Shown here: piece after piece, positions 47,001 through 53,697 of the stretch | Layout: each line of letters opens with the position of its first letter | How positions within the stretch are numbered: the stretch's first letter is position 1 | Source: an uncultured Prevotellaceae bacterium | GTDB taxonomy: Bacteria > Bacteroidota > Bacteroidia > Bacteroidales > Bacteroidaceae | Length of the DNA: 64,000 nt | NCBI GenBank assembly: GCA_902767775.1 | Contig: CACXIP010000010.1 | Span: 29,662-93,661, forward strand | Direction: 5' to 3' | Translations under genes and position numbers: made by a program | The notes under the pieces: generated by a model | The model's input: the letters and a program-made list of their open reading frames with translations, nothing else | What the model was told of the DNA's origin: nothing | Database searches by the model: none

Positions 47001-47178
47001 AAACAGTGAGTGATGTCACATCGGAGAGTTCCCCCATCTCCTCTATCTGCTCCTGGATTTTCACAAACAAGGTGCCTGCCTCTGTCAGGTTGACGGTGAC
47101 GTTCAACCCCAACTGGGCATTGGCTACAACCATGACTGTCATCCATAACATCATGGTCAGAAGTAGTCGTCTCATCAT
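44086..47178 (-). CDS. BspA-type leucine-rich-repeat surface protein with T9SS-like C-terminal tail
   Basis: It has a signal peptide (MMLWMTVMVVANAQ). More than 10 LRR_5-type units span aa ~90-500, for example IPNTLKKIGGSAFNGCKCLSSCKLPDSVAVIESRLFWNCKSLREVQLP. The cap is TLYVPAASLSLYQANNRY. A ~450-aa beta-rich region precedes the tail SGIYNLNGQPVSTPQRGIYIKDGKKVIW. Confidence 0.85.
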   Translation of the reverse strand: MMRRLLLTMMLWMTVMVVANAQLGLNVTVNLTEAGTLFVKIQEQIEEMGELSDVTSLTVSGRLNRDDYNVIRNQMKNLAYLNLAGIDEESTLLMSIGGLKRLKTIIISNVATELPGSCFSGCDSLQSITIPNTLKKIGGSAFNGCKCLSSCKLPDSVAVIESRLFWNCKSLREVQLPKALTTIRGQAFDGTALPTFTLPQGVVIDGDGAFANNDSLRSFYFPDGLVNEKEVGTSTFSGCTNLTTVRLPQTLTTIPKNFFAYTAIPNLNLPSTVTSIGSGAYYRCSALKKETLPNTLKSLDSQVFSSSSLEEVDWPASATIIPAEAFRSCVQLKRVSIPETVDSLGRNVFLYCSAITNVHLPEGIRTLDGTFNECESLTEVNIPSTVTYLSSHTFSNCKSLTHIDIPDGVTYIGSGCFQKTSLTEIKLPSKLQNIGGYAFNGTKLRRVVVPEGCRSIGTRVFYSDSLKVLDLPSTLVSLYGTILGDNSYFHPDSVIFRAMTPPYAKENVFTNRETQTTLYVPAASLSLYQANNRYNNVENMGTIKGSTSVMNVLDFMSIDKNSGLQQGKYDVNLIDTYWAGTTLEVKNDHHPRMAVEEGAQFHIGTLSMQMIAGDQFWFTDNKWQSFINRGTVTADVIDLNWNMAPEHFFTPSFDVRLSEIVPEYPNTPYGFYRYDSGARAAGNFNGTWVRVGADETLHAGQGYAFRCGKTPLKNDYTSLHHRWIAENAHSLNSYFLATNDITLSLQHFNGEFPHNRNWNFIGNPYPAFLDIRGVDFDGPMLVRGGKIWNAVSALDDEFVLDPMGAIFMQAPDGTNSISFSAARRQHTVKFNKDAAVNGRMELRRADQNSHRVVYNLMLSHDNEEVARTRFVINPETTTGYDIGHDLPVMSEGDTQTLLYTQAKGLAYAINERPLDDGIVRLGLQVAETGTYTLSLSIKGNNTDEVWLIDNETGERTLLNDQTEGYSFSVAEAGIFNQRFVIALGNADPTGISDVETVQPIISSGIYNLNGQPVSTPQRGIYIKDGKKVIW

Positions 47179-47278
47179 ATCCTTATAGTATTGTTTAAGT
47201 ATTATTAATGTTTTTCACAAATATCCGACAAAATAATGTTCTGTCAATTTGTGACAAAAATAGTAAACTATAAGGATA
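47178..47278 (-). promoter_or_regulatory. Nested inverted repeats plus a candidate -7 box (TATTTTTG) directly upstream of the LRR gene
   Basis: The outer 12-bp inverted repeat is TATCCTTATAGT at 47178-47189 paired with ACTATAAGGATA at 47267-47278. The inner 8-bp repeat is TCACAAAT at 47215-47222 paired with ATTTGTGA at 47247-47254. The minus-strand TATTTTTG at 47262-47255 matches TAnnTTTG. Confidence 0.4.
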
Positions 47279-47336
47279 ATTTTCTTGCAAATCATCTTTT
47301 TTAACTTGCAGATGATGTTTTGCAAGTACTTAGGCT

Positions 47337-49085
47337 TCAAGATTGATGATTGTTTTCCTTCCACTCACTGGGGGTCATGCCTGTGGCGCTCTTGAAGGAG
47401 CGGAAGAAGGCTGACTCAGATGAAAAGCCTGAACGCATCCACACCTCGGTAATTTTTTGGTCTGGTCGCTGGCGCATCAGTTTTTGGGCATGCTCCACAC
47501 GATAGTTGCTCACAAACTGTGAGAAAGAAATGCCCTTCTGACTGTTGATGCAATTGGAGATGATGTTTCGGTTGGTGTTGAGCATGACTGCCACATCATT
47601 CAATTTCAGGTTTTGGTTGAGATAGACCTGTTGCTGCTCCATCAGAGCAATGATGCGAAGCATGAGAAGATCGGAAATCTCTGAGTCGGACTGGTCGAAC
47701 GAGGTGGATTGTGCATCCATGCCTCTTCGCTTTTTTCTCAGCCACAAAAGGCCAAAAACAGAAACCAAAAGCAGCACTGCCACGGGCAGCAGGAGCCAAA
47801 GCCATCCCTGTGACTTTTTAGGTGATGCCGGCCTGGAATATTGACTTAAAGGCAGGATAAATGCCGAGGATAGGGGTGAAAAGTTGTCATTATCCAAATT
47901 GCCACCAATAGTCTTATTGTAGACATAACCACCGGCAATCATCAGGTCACCCTCATCTGTCAGGACAGAGACTCCACCACACTCAGGTAAAGGGTCGGTA
48001 TAATATATCGTGAGCGGCGCGGGACACTTGTCATACTCGATGCACAGCACGTAGATGCGGTTGTCGATGTCATAGCCTACACAATATCCCCGATGCGCCA
48101 CCCTGTCGGTGATGAGAGGGGTGGAGAAATTGAACGTGCCATAAGGACCGACAGTCGGAACAGGACAAAGGGTGGGCAGAAGGGTAAAAGTAGTGTCACG
48201 CACCAGTGCGAAAGCCATTTTGTGGGGTTTTCCAAAAAAAGCCGTACCAGAATCGTCACACTCCTGCAGGGCAAGCAGATGGGTATAGTCTCCTGTTGCC
48301 TCATTGCCGATGAAGCCGATGTTGTTGGAATAATTGTAACAGAAGGACAAGGGCTGCCATTCTTTCAGCAAAGGGACTTGGAAAGGCTCGCCCCGCAGAC
48401 GGTCGACCACATCGGTATTCAGATATTTGCCATGGGTATCGACGCACCCCATAACAAGGACATCATCGGCTGTGGTGCGAAAGATATAGGGAGTGCTGCG
48501 GTCAGCGGAAGGTTTCTTGACAAAAGAGAATGTGCGGTCACCGTCGAAGACCTCAATGGCATCATCTGCATACCAGTTGCCTGCCACCACTACCCTACCG
48601 CTGTCAATCTCCGTACCTATGGCCAGAGTGCGCTTCGTGTCCAGGCTACTGAAGCCACGGAAAGAGTGGGTAGCGGGGTCGTACTCCTCCACAGGGTAGG
48701 TCTGGCCGATACCCAAGGGTTTCTCATGTCCTCCGGCGAGAATCACCTTTCCCGAACTAAGCACCACGCAGAGGCCGTTGTCATGAGGATATACCGTTTC
48801 CATGAGGTGCCACTTACCGTGGCTGTAGTATTCCGCCGTGGCTGTGGGTTTGAAATCCTTGGTGTGGCCGCCCACCACTGTCACCTCGCCGTTGACACAG
48901 AATATATTGTGCCCACTGCGGGGAATGTTGAGGTTGGGCAACCGCTCCACATCAATCTTCACAAAGGGGCAGGTCAGGCTGTCGGCATGGGCCTCGGCAC
49001 GGGCAATAATCGCAATGAACGGCATCATGAGGATGCCGCTCCAAAGGAAGAATCTCAATGAGTGTATCTTTCTGATGCCGTTCAT
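47337..49085 (-). CDS. Single-pass transmembrane regulator: periplasmic Kelch-like beta-propeller, TM helix, cytoplasmic AraC-type HTH
   Basis: It has a signal peptide (LWSGILMMPFIAIIARAEA). Repeated blades end in GG (VTVVGGHT, VILAGGHE, VVVAGNWY, LMIAGGYV). The TM helix is WLWLLLPVAVLLLVSVFGLLWL followed by RKKRRG. The AraC HTH is LNDVAVMLNTNRNIISNCINSQKGISFSQFVSNYRVEHAQKLM...RSGFSSESAFFRSFKSATGMTPSEW. Confidence 0.75.
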   Translation of the reverse strand: MNGIRKIHSLRFFLWSGILMMPFIAIIARAEAHADSLTCPFVKIDVERLPNLNIPRSGHNIFCVNGEVTVVGGHTKDFKPTATAEYYSHGKWHLMETVYPHDNGLCVVLSSGKVILAGGHEKPLGIGQTYPVEEYDPATHSFRGFSSLDTKRTLAIGTEIDSGRVVVAGNWYADDAIEVFDGDRTFSFVKKPSADRSTPYIFRTTADDVLVMGCVDTHGKYLNTDVVDRLRGEPFQVPLLKEWQPLSFCYNYSNNIGFIGNEATGDYTHLLALQECDDSGTAFFGKPHKMAFALVRDTTFTLLPTLCPVPTVGPYGTFNFSTPLITDRVAHRGYCVGYDIDNRIYVLCIEYDKCPAPLTIYYTDPLPECGGVSVLTDEGDLMIAGGYVYNKTIGGNLDNDNFSPLSSAFILPLSQYSRPASPKKSQGWLWLLLPVAVLLLVSVFGLLWLRKKRRGMDAQSTSFDQSDSEISDLLMLRIIALMEQQQVYLNQNLKLNDVAVMLNTNRNIISNCINSQKGISFSQFVSNYRVEHAQKLMRQRPDQKITEVWMRSGFSSESAFFRSFKSATGMTPSEWKENNHQS

Positions 49086-49101
49086 CGCTGAGTTTGAGCA
49101 G

Positions 49102-50784
49102 TTATCTCACGCCGCCACCGTGACCGCCGCCGCTGAAGCCGCCGCCGCCACCGAAAGAGGAGCGACCGCCACCACCGCTGCTACGTGAATCGACCTTCGA
49201 CTGCACAGAGTGGGCACTGTTGTAGGTGGTCGCCATAAGAACGGGCACCAGCGTATTGTTGGTAAGGTTACGGGTGATTTGGTTCATCTCCAGATATTCC
49301 GGATTGAGCTGTTTCATATCTTTCTTCACCTGGTCGGCGATGCCAAAGAGAGTGGCATAGACGAGATAGTCGTTCCACAATGCCACTTCACTCAGATGGC
49401 GCTCGTTGGCGAGGGTAAAGTCATTAAGGAACATCTTGAGACCGAACACTTTGCGTGTATCGTCGATGGTGCGTTTCGCCTCCTTGATGGAGCATGATTT
49501 ATCGATGCTTCTCATCAAGTCCATCACTTCTGTCTCGTGGTTTTGCATCCACCGCCTCAATTCCTTGGGCTGCAAGATATGATCTTCGCCAGCTGCCTGA
49601 TAGAAGATGTCGTAGAGTTTCCGTATTTCAGGGGTGTTAATCAGACGGTTCTGGTCATTGAAGTCAGTGATAGTGATACAATCTTGAAGAGAACCCTTAC
49701 CGCCCATCATCTTTTTCAGACCCGATGGTTCCAAGAATTGTTGCTCGATGCGGAGGGTATTGGTGCGGATGAGTCTCATTATCATCGCTCCGATAAGGTC
49801 CTCAGTCTTGATGCCGCCACTCACATAGAAAGCATCGTGGAGGCTGCGTGCCCTCACCAGATTGCCGTTGACGGGAATCTCGCGGTACCAATCCACGGTC
49901 TCGAGGAGTTTTTTGCGCTCACGCCTTGTTCTCACCCCGTACCATATGGCAGCTATGGCGATGAAAATGCAGAAGAGGACACCTAAGAGCATATCAAGGT
50001 CTGCCGTAACAGCATTCCATGCCTTTCGCCACCAGGTCTGCTCCTTGTAGTCGCTGCCCTCAAACGCCTTCTTGCGCACGTCCTTGAATGAACCCTCGCC
50101 CTTCATGGATGGATGCAGCAGACCTTTTGGAATCTCTACCATGACAATCATTGACATCTCGGAAGTCATCGGTTCGGTGGTCCTCACCACCACGCCGTCG
50201 TCCTCAAACGACACATCGCCTTTGAAACCGAATGCCCATGCCTTGACGGAGTCTTCAGGCAGTCCATCCTCAGTGTTGGCGAAGATGGAGACTTCTGCCG
50301 ACTGGGGTGCAGGTTTCATTTCATCGGTTACGAACATCCAGTTGAAGCCATCGCTCTCCTTGTAGGAGCGCACCATGTTGGTAACGGTATACCTCACCGT
50401 ATAGTAACGAAAACCGCTTTCGCCAAGTCCCCAGCACAGTTCATAGCCATCGCTTTTCTTCACCATGCCGCAACGGCCCGCCTTCTGCTGCCGCGAGCGG
50501 TCAACATTCCACGAACCCTCGTTGACATACGTGGTTCCCGTGTTGTCAGACACCGAGAAGTTCTTGATGTCGCTGCCGTTGAGGTTGCCGATGACGATAT
50601 AGCACTCCGTACCCTCGTTATCGATTTCCATCTGGCGCGTCTCCTCGATATCGGCATCACCATTGCTGCGGAGAACCACCTTGATGTCGAGGTGACGGAG
50701 AACAGGCTCCGCTGCCGCCCCAAGCGAGGCGGCGAGCATCAGGAGCAACAGTCCTATGCGGTGCTTACTTCTTGAATGCCTCAT
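49102..50784 (-). CDS. DUF2207-family membrane protein with Gly-rich C-terminal tail
   Basis: I chose the start at MRHSRSKHRIGLLLLMLAASLGAAAE, which overlaps the lemA stop by 20 nt. An N-terminal extracytoplasmic beta domain is followed by TM helices (LLGVLFCIFIAIAAIWYGV). The tail is SSGGGGRSSFGGGGGFSGGGHGGGVR. Pairing with lemA is the usual context for this family. Confidence 0.7.
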   Translation of the reverse strand: MRHSRSKHRIGLLLLMLAASLGAAAEPVLRHLDIKVVLRSNGDADIEETRQMEIDNEGTECYIVIGNLNGSDIKNFSVSDNTGTTYVNEGSWNVDRSRQQKAGRCGMVKKSDGYELCWGLGESGFRYYTVRYTVTNMVRSYKESDGFNWMFVTDEMKPAPQSAEVSIFANTEDGLPEDSVKAWAFGFKGDVSFEDDGVVVRTTEPMTSEMSMIVMVEIPKGLLHPSMKGEGSFKDVRKKAFEGSDYKEQTWWRKAWNAVTADLDMLLGVLFCIFIAIAAIWYGVRTRRERKKLLETVDWYREIPVNGNLVRARSLHDAFYVSGGIKTEDLIGAMIMRLIRTNTLRIEQQFLEPSGLKKMMGGKGSLQDCITITDFNDQNRLINTPEIRKLYDIFYQAAGEDHILQPKELRRWMQNHETEVMDLMRSIDKSCSIKEAKRTIDDTRKVFGLKMFLNDFTLANERHLSEVALWNDYLVYATLFGIADQVKKDMKQLNPEYLEMNQITRNLTNNTLVPVLMATTYNSAHSVQSKVDSRSSGGGGRSSFGGGGGFSGGGHGGGVR

Positions 50785-51343
50785 CGAGATCGGGATAGCT
50801 GTTCTTCTTCTCCTCGTCAACAGTCAGGTAAGCCTTCTCACGGAAGTTGAGCATGGAGGCGACAAACGATGACGGCCACATACGCACCATGCGGTTCATC
50901 TTGGTGGCGGTGTCGTTGTACACCATACGGCTCATGCGCACATTCTCCTCATAGGAGTTCACACTGTCCATCGTCTTGAGATACAAGTCGTTGGCTTTCA
51001 GTTCGGGGTATGCCTCACCGATAGCCATCAGCCTGCCCATAATCTGGGTGAGCTCACCCTGCTGCTGCTTAGCCTCCTCAGCCGTGGTGACCTGGTTCTG
51101 GCGACGGGCATTGATGGTGCTGATGATGGTCTCCGACTCATGCTTGGCATATTGTGCTGCTGTCTTGGCAAGAGCGAGGAGAGCATCCCAACGGGAGTTG
51201 AGCTGAACGGCAATCTGACTCATCGCATTTTTGCACAACTCATCGAGGTTGACCAGCGTGCGCTGGGTTTTGAAAATATACAAGGCAATGGCAATCACCA
51301 AAAACAAGATGATGCCCAAAATAATTGATAATACTGCTACCAT
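50765..51343 (-). CDS. lemA: LemA-family membrane protein
   Basis: 192 aa. An N-terminal TM helix (AVLSIILGIILFLVIAIALYI) precedes LemA blocks: SQIAVQLNSRWDALLALAK, AYPELKAN, NVRMSRMVYNDT and WPSSFVA. Confidence 0.9.
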   Translation of the reverse strand: MVAVLSIILGIILFLVIAIALYIFKTQRTLVNLDELCKNAMSQIAVQLNSRWDALLALAKTAAQYAKHESETIISTINARRQNQVTTAEEAKQQQGELTQIMGRLMAIGEAYPELKANDLYLKTMDSVNSYEENVRMSRMVYNDTATKMNRMVRMWPSSFVASMLNFREKAYLTVDEEKKNSYPDLDEAFKK

Positions 51344-51388
51344 AATCTAAAAAGGTTAGTTAAAAGGTTGAAAATGATTTTCAAAGGA

Positions 51389-51420
51389 CAAAGATAGAAA
51401 AATAATATTACAAATGCAAA
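51389..51420 (-). promoter_or_regulatory. Candidate lemA promoter (-33 TTTG / -7 TATCTTTG)
   Basis: On the minus strand TTTG lies at 51420-51417 and TATCTTTG at 51396-51389, 20 nt apart. The ATG at 51343 is 45 nt downstream. Confidence 0.45.
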
Positions 51421-51460
51421 CGGGTGGAGGCATATTTGCCCCAAAATGTAAAAAAAACAA

Positions 51461-51967
51461 TTAAATGCTTTGATGGCGGAAAAACTCCCAGATGACGATG
51501 CCGGCCGTCACGGAGACATTCATCGAGTGCTTGGTGCCACGCTGCGGTATCTCCAGACAGCCGTCACAGCGGTCGACCACTTCCTGGTGCACTCCCTTCA
51601 CCTCATTGCCGAATACAACGGCATAGTGCCGTTCTGGGTCGGGACGGAGGTCACCCAACAGGGTGCTGCCCTCCACCTGCTCCACGGCATAGACAAAACA
51701 ACCCTCGGCATGTAGGGTGTCCACTGCTTCCACCGCAGTGGGGAAATAGCGCCAACTGACGCTGTCCTCACCACCCAAGGCTGTCTTGTGAATCTCGGGA
51801 TGTGGCGGACAAGCGGTGATGCCGCACAGGCATACCTCCGCCACACGGAAGGCGTCACCCGTGCGGAACACGCTGCCGACATTGTATAGGCTGCGCACAT
51901 CATCGAGCACCACCGTTAGAGGAAGTTTCTCGGAAGCCTTGAATTCCTCCACCGTGAGGCGCTGCAT
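51461..51967 (-). CDS. SpoU/TrmH-family RNA 2'-O-methyltransferase
   Basis: The start is MQRLTVEEFKASEKLPLTVVLDDVRSLYNVGSVFRT. SpoU motifs are present: VFGNEVKGV and IPQRGTKHSMNVSVTAGIV. Longer track starts would overlap sufE. Confidence 0.8.
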   Translation of the reverse strand: MQRLTVEEFKASEKLPLTVVLDDVRSLYNVGSVFRTGDAFRVAEVCLCGITACPPHPEIHKTALGGEDSVSWRYFPTAVEAVDTLHAEGCFVYAVEQVEGSTLLGDLRPDPERHYAVVFGNEVKGVHQEVVDRCDGCLEIPQRGTKHSMNVSVTAGIVIWEFFRHQSI

Positions 51968-51977
51968 CTCTATGGTC

Positions 51978-52412
51978 CTAAGCTTCCGCATCCTCCTTGG
52001 CTTTGAAAGCGATGGCATATACCCTCATCTGCTTCACCATGGCGAGCAGACCATTGCTGCGTGTAGGACTGAGATGGTCTTTCAGTCCGATACTGTCGAT
52101 GAAATAGAGGTCGGCATCGAGTATCTCCTGTGGTGTGTGACCGCTGAGCACCCGCAGCAGCAGGGCAATGAGTCCCTTGACAATAAGCGCATCGCTCTCG
52201 GCAGAGAAATGGAGCAGTCCATCGCGATAGTCGGCATGAATCCACACCCGGCTCTGGCATCCCTCAATGAGGTTGTCGTCGGTCTTGTAGCACGCCTCAA
52301 GGGGCTGCATGTCATTGCCCAGGTCGATGAGCAACTGATATTTGTCCATCCAATCGGTGAAGTCGGAGAACTCCTCAATCACCTCTTCCTGCAGTTCGTC
52401 GATAGATTTCAT
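51978..52412 (-). CDS. sufE: SufE-family sulfur acceptor protein
   Basis: 144 aa. It has the SufE core EGCQSRVWIHADYRDGLLHFSAESDALIVKGLIALL and the C-terminal SPTRSNGL. Confidence 0.85.
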   Translation of the reverse strand: MKSIDELQEEVIEEFSDFTDWMDKYQLLIDLGNDMQPLEACYKTDDNLIEGCQSRVWIHADYRDGLLHFSAESDALIVKGLIALLLRVLSGHTPQEILDADLYFIDSIGLKDHLSPTRSNGLLAMVKQMRVYAIAFKAKEDAEA

Positions 52413-52434
52413 TTTTTGTTGAGTATTATGGGTA

Positions 52435-53685
52435 TCATTCCGGATTATCTGGAGAAACTAATTTAAAAAGTTTGTCGCTGGGGCGCACCTTGTCGGGCAC
52501 GGGGAAGGAGACACGCGTGCCTTTCTGAGCCGTGGTTACCGCCTTGGTGTCATCATGTATCTCAGTGACATCGACATACATCACACCCGTGGTGGGACCC
52601 GTGATGAGCATATGGTCGCCCACACTGAACTCCGCGGCATCGCAGGTGAACTCTGCCACACCGAGACGGGAGAAATATTTCACGCCATGCCCCACATACA
52701 CCTTGCGGACGGTGGCGTTGCTGCCATAGTTCTTGTTCCACTCACCCAACCGCTGTCCGAGGTAATAGCCATCCCAGAAACCACGGTTGAAGACAGCGGC
52801 CAAGCGCTTATCCCACTCATCTTTGCGCTCCTCAGTAAAGCTGCCGTCGAGAACGCTGGCAATAGCCTCCTTGTAGCACCTTACCACAGTATATACATAC
52901 TCCGGACCACGGGCACGGCCCTCTATCTTGAACACCCGCACACCAGCCTCCATCATTCGGTCGATGAAACGGATGGTCTTCAGGTCCTTCGGACTCATCA
53001 CATACTTGTTGTCTATCTCCAACTGCGTGCCTGTCTCATTATCGGTGACGGTGTACGACCGTCGGCACAGCTGCATGCACTCGCCTCGGTTGGCAGAGCG
53101 GGCGGCATTGTCGAGACTGAGGTAACATTTGCCGCTGATGGCCATGCAGAGGGCACCATGGCAGAACATCTCGATGCGCACTGGGTTTCCACTTGGTCCA
53201 CAGATGCCACGCTCCCCTACCTGGCGGTAGATGTCAGCCACCTGACTGAGGTTGAGTTCACGGGCGAGCACCACCACATCAGCGAACTGCGCATAGAACT
53301 CCAACGCCTCAGCATTGCTGATGTTGAGTTGGGTGGAGAGGTGCACTTCCTGACCGATGCGGCGGCAGTAGGTCATCACCGCCACATCACTGGCGATGAC
53401 AGCCGTGATGCCTGCCTCATGGGCAGCATCGACAATGGTGTGCATGGTATCGATGTCGCCATCGTAGATGATGGTGTTGACAGTGAGATAGGTCTTGATG
53501 CCGTGCCGGCCACACTCCTCGGCTATCTCCCGCAGGTCGTCGATGGTGAATGTGTTGGCGGAATGGGCACGCATATTGAGCTGTCCGATGCCAAAATACA
53601 CCGAGTCGGCTCCTGCCTGAATGGCAGCAACCAACGACTCACGCGACCCCACGGGGGCCATCACTTCATACAGTTCATTATTCAT
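52435..53685 (-). CDS. Peptidase U32-family protein (collagenase-like / RNA-hydroxylation-associated family)
   Basis: 416 aa. U32 blocks are present: ELMAPVGS-like (YEVMAPVGSRESLVAAIQAGADSVYFG), the E..CHGALC motif (EMFCHGALCMAISGKC) and FKIEGR. Confidence 0.85.
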   Translation of the reverse strand: MNNELYEVMAPVGSRESLVAAIQAGADSVYFGIGQLNMRAHSANTFTIDDLREIAEECGRHGIKTYLTVNTIIYDGDIDTMHTIVDAAHEAGITAVIASDVAVMTYCRRIGQEVHLSTQLNISNAEALEFYAQFADVVVLARELNLSQVADIYRQVGERGICGPSGNPVRIEMFCHGALCMAISGKCYLSLDNAARSANRGECMQLCRRSYTVTDNETGTQLEIDNKYVMSPKDLKTIRFIDRMMEAGVRVFKIEGRARGPEYVYTVVRCYKEAIASVLDGSFTEERKDEWDKRLAAVFNRGFWDGYYLGQRLGEWNKNYGSNATVRKVYVGHGVKYFSRLGVAEFTCDAAEFSVGDHMLITGPTTGVMYVDVTEIHDDTKAVTTAQKGTRVSFPVPDKVRPSDKLFKLVSPDNPE

Positions 53686-53697
53686 ATTTCGCAGCTC

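Noticed and set aside
37760-51343. The accessory-looking block considered as a mobile genomic island or prophage.
   Set aside because: I could not see an integrase, transposase, tRNA attachment site, flanking long direct repeats or phage/conjugation genes. Only an internal compositional anomaly within the giant gene supports foreign origin.
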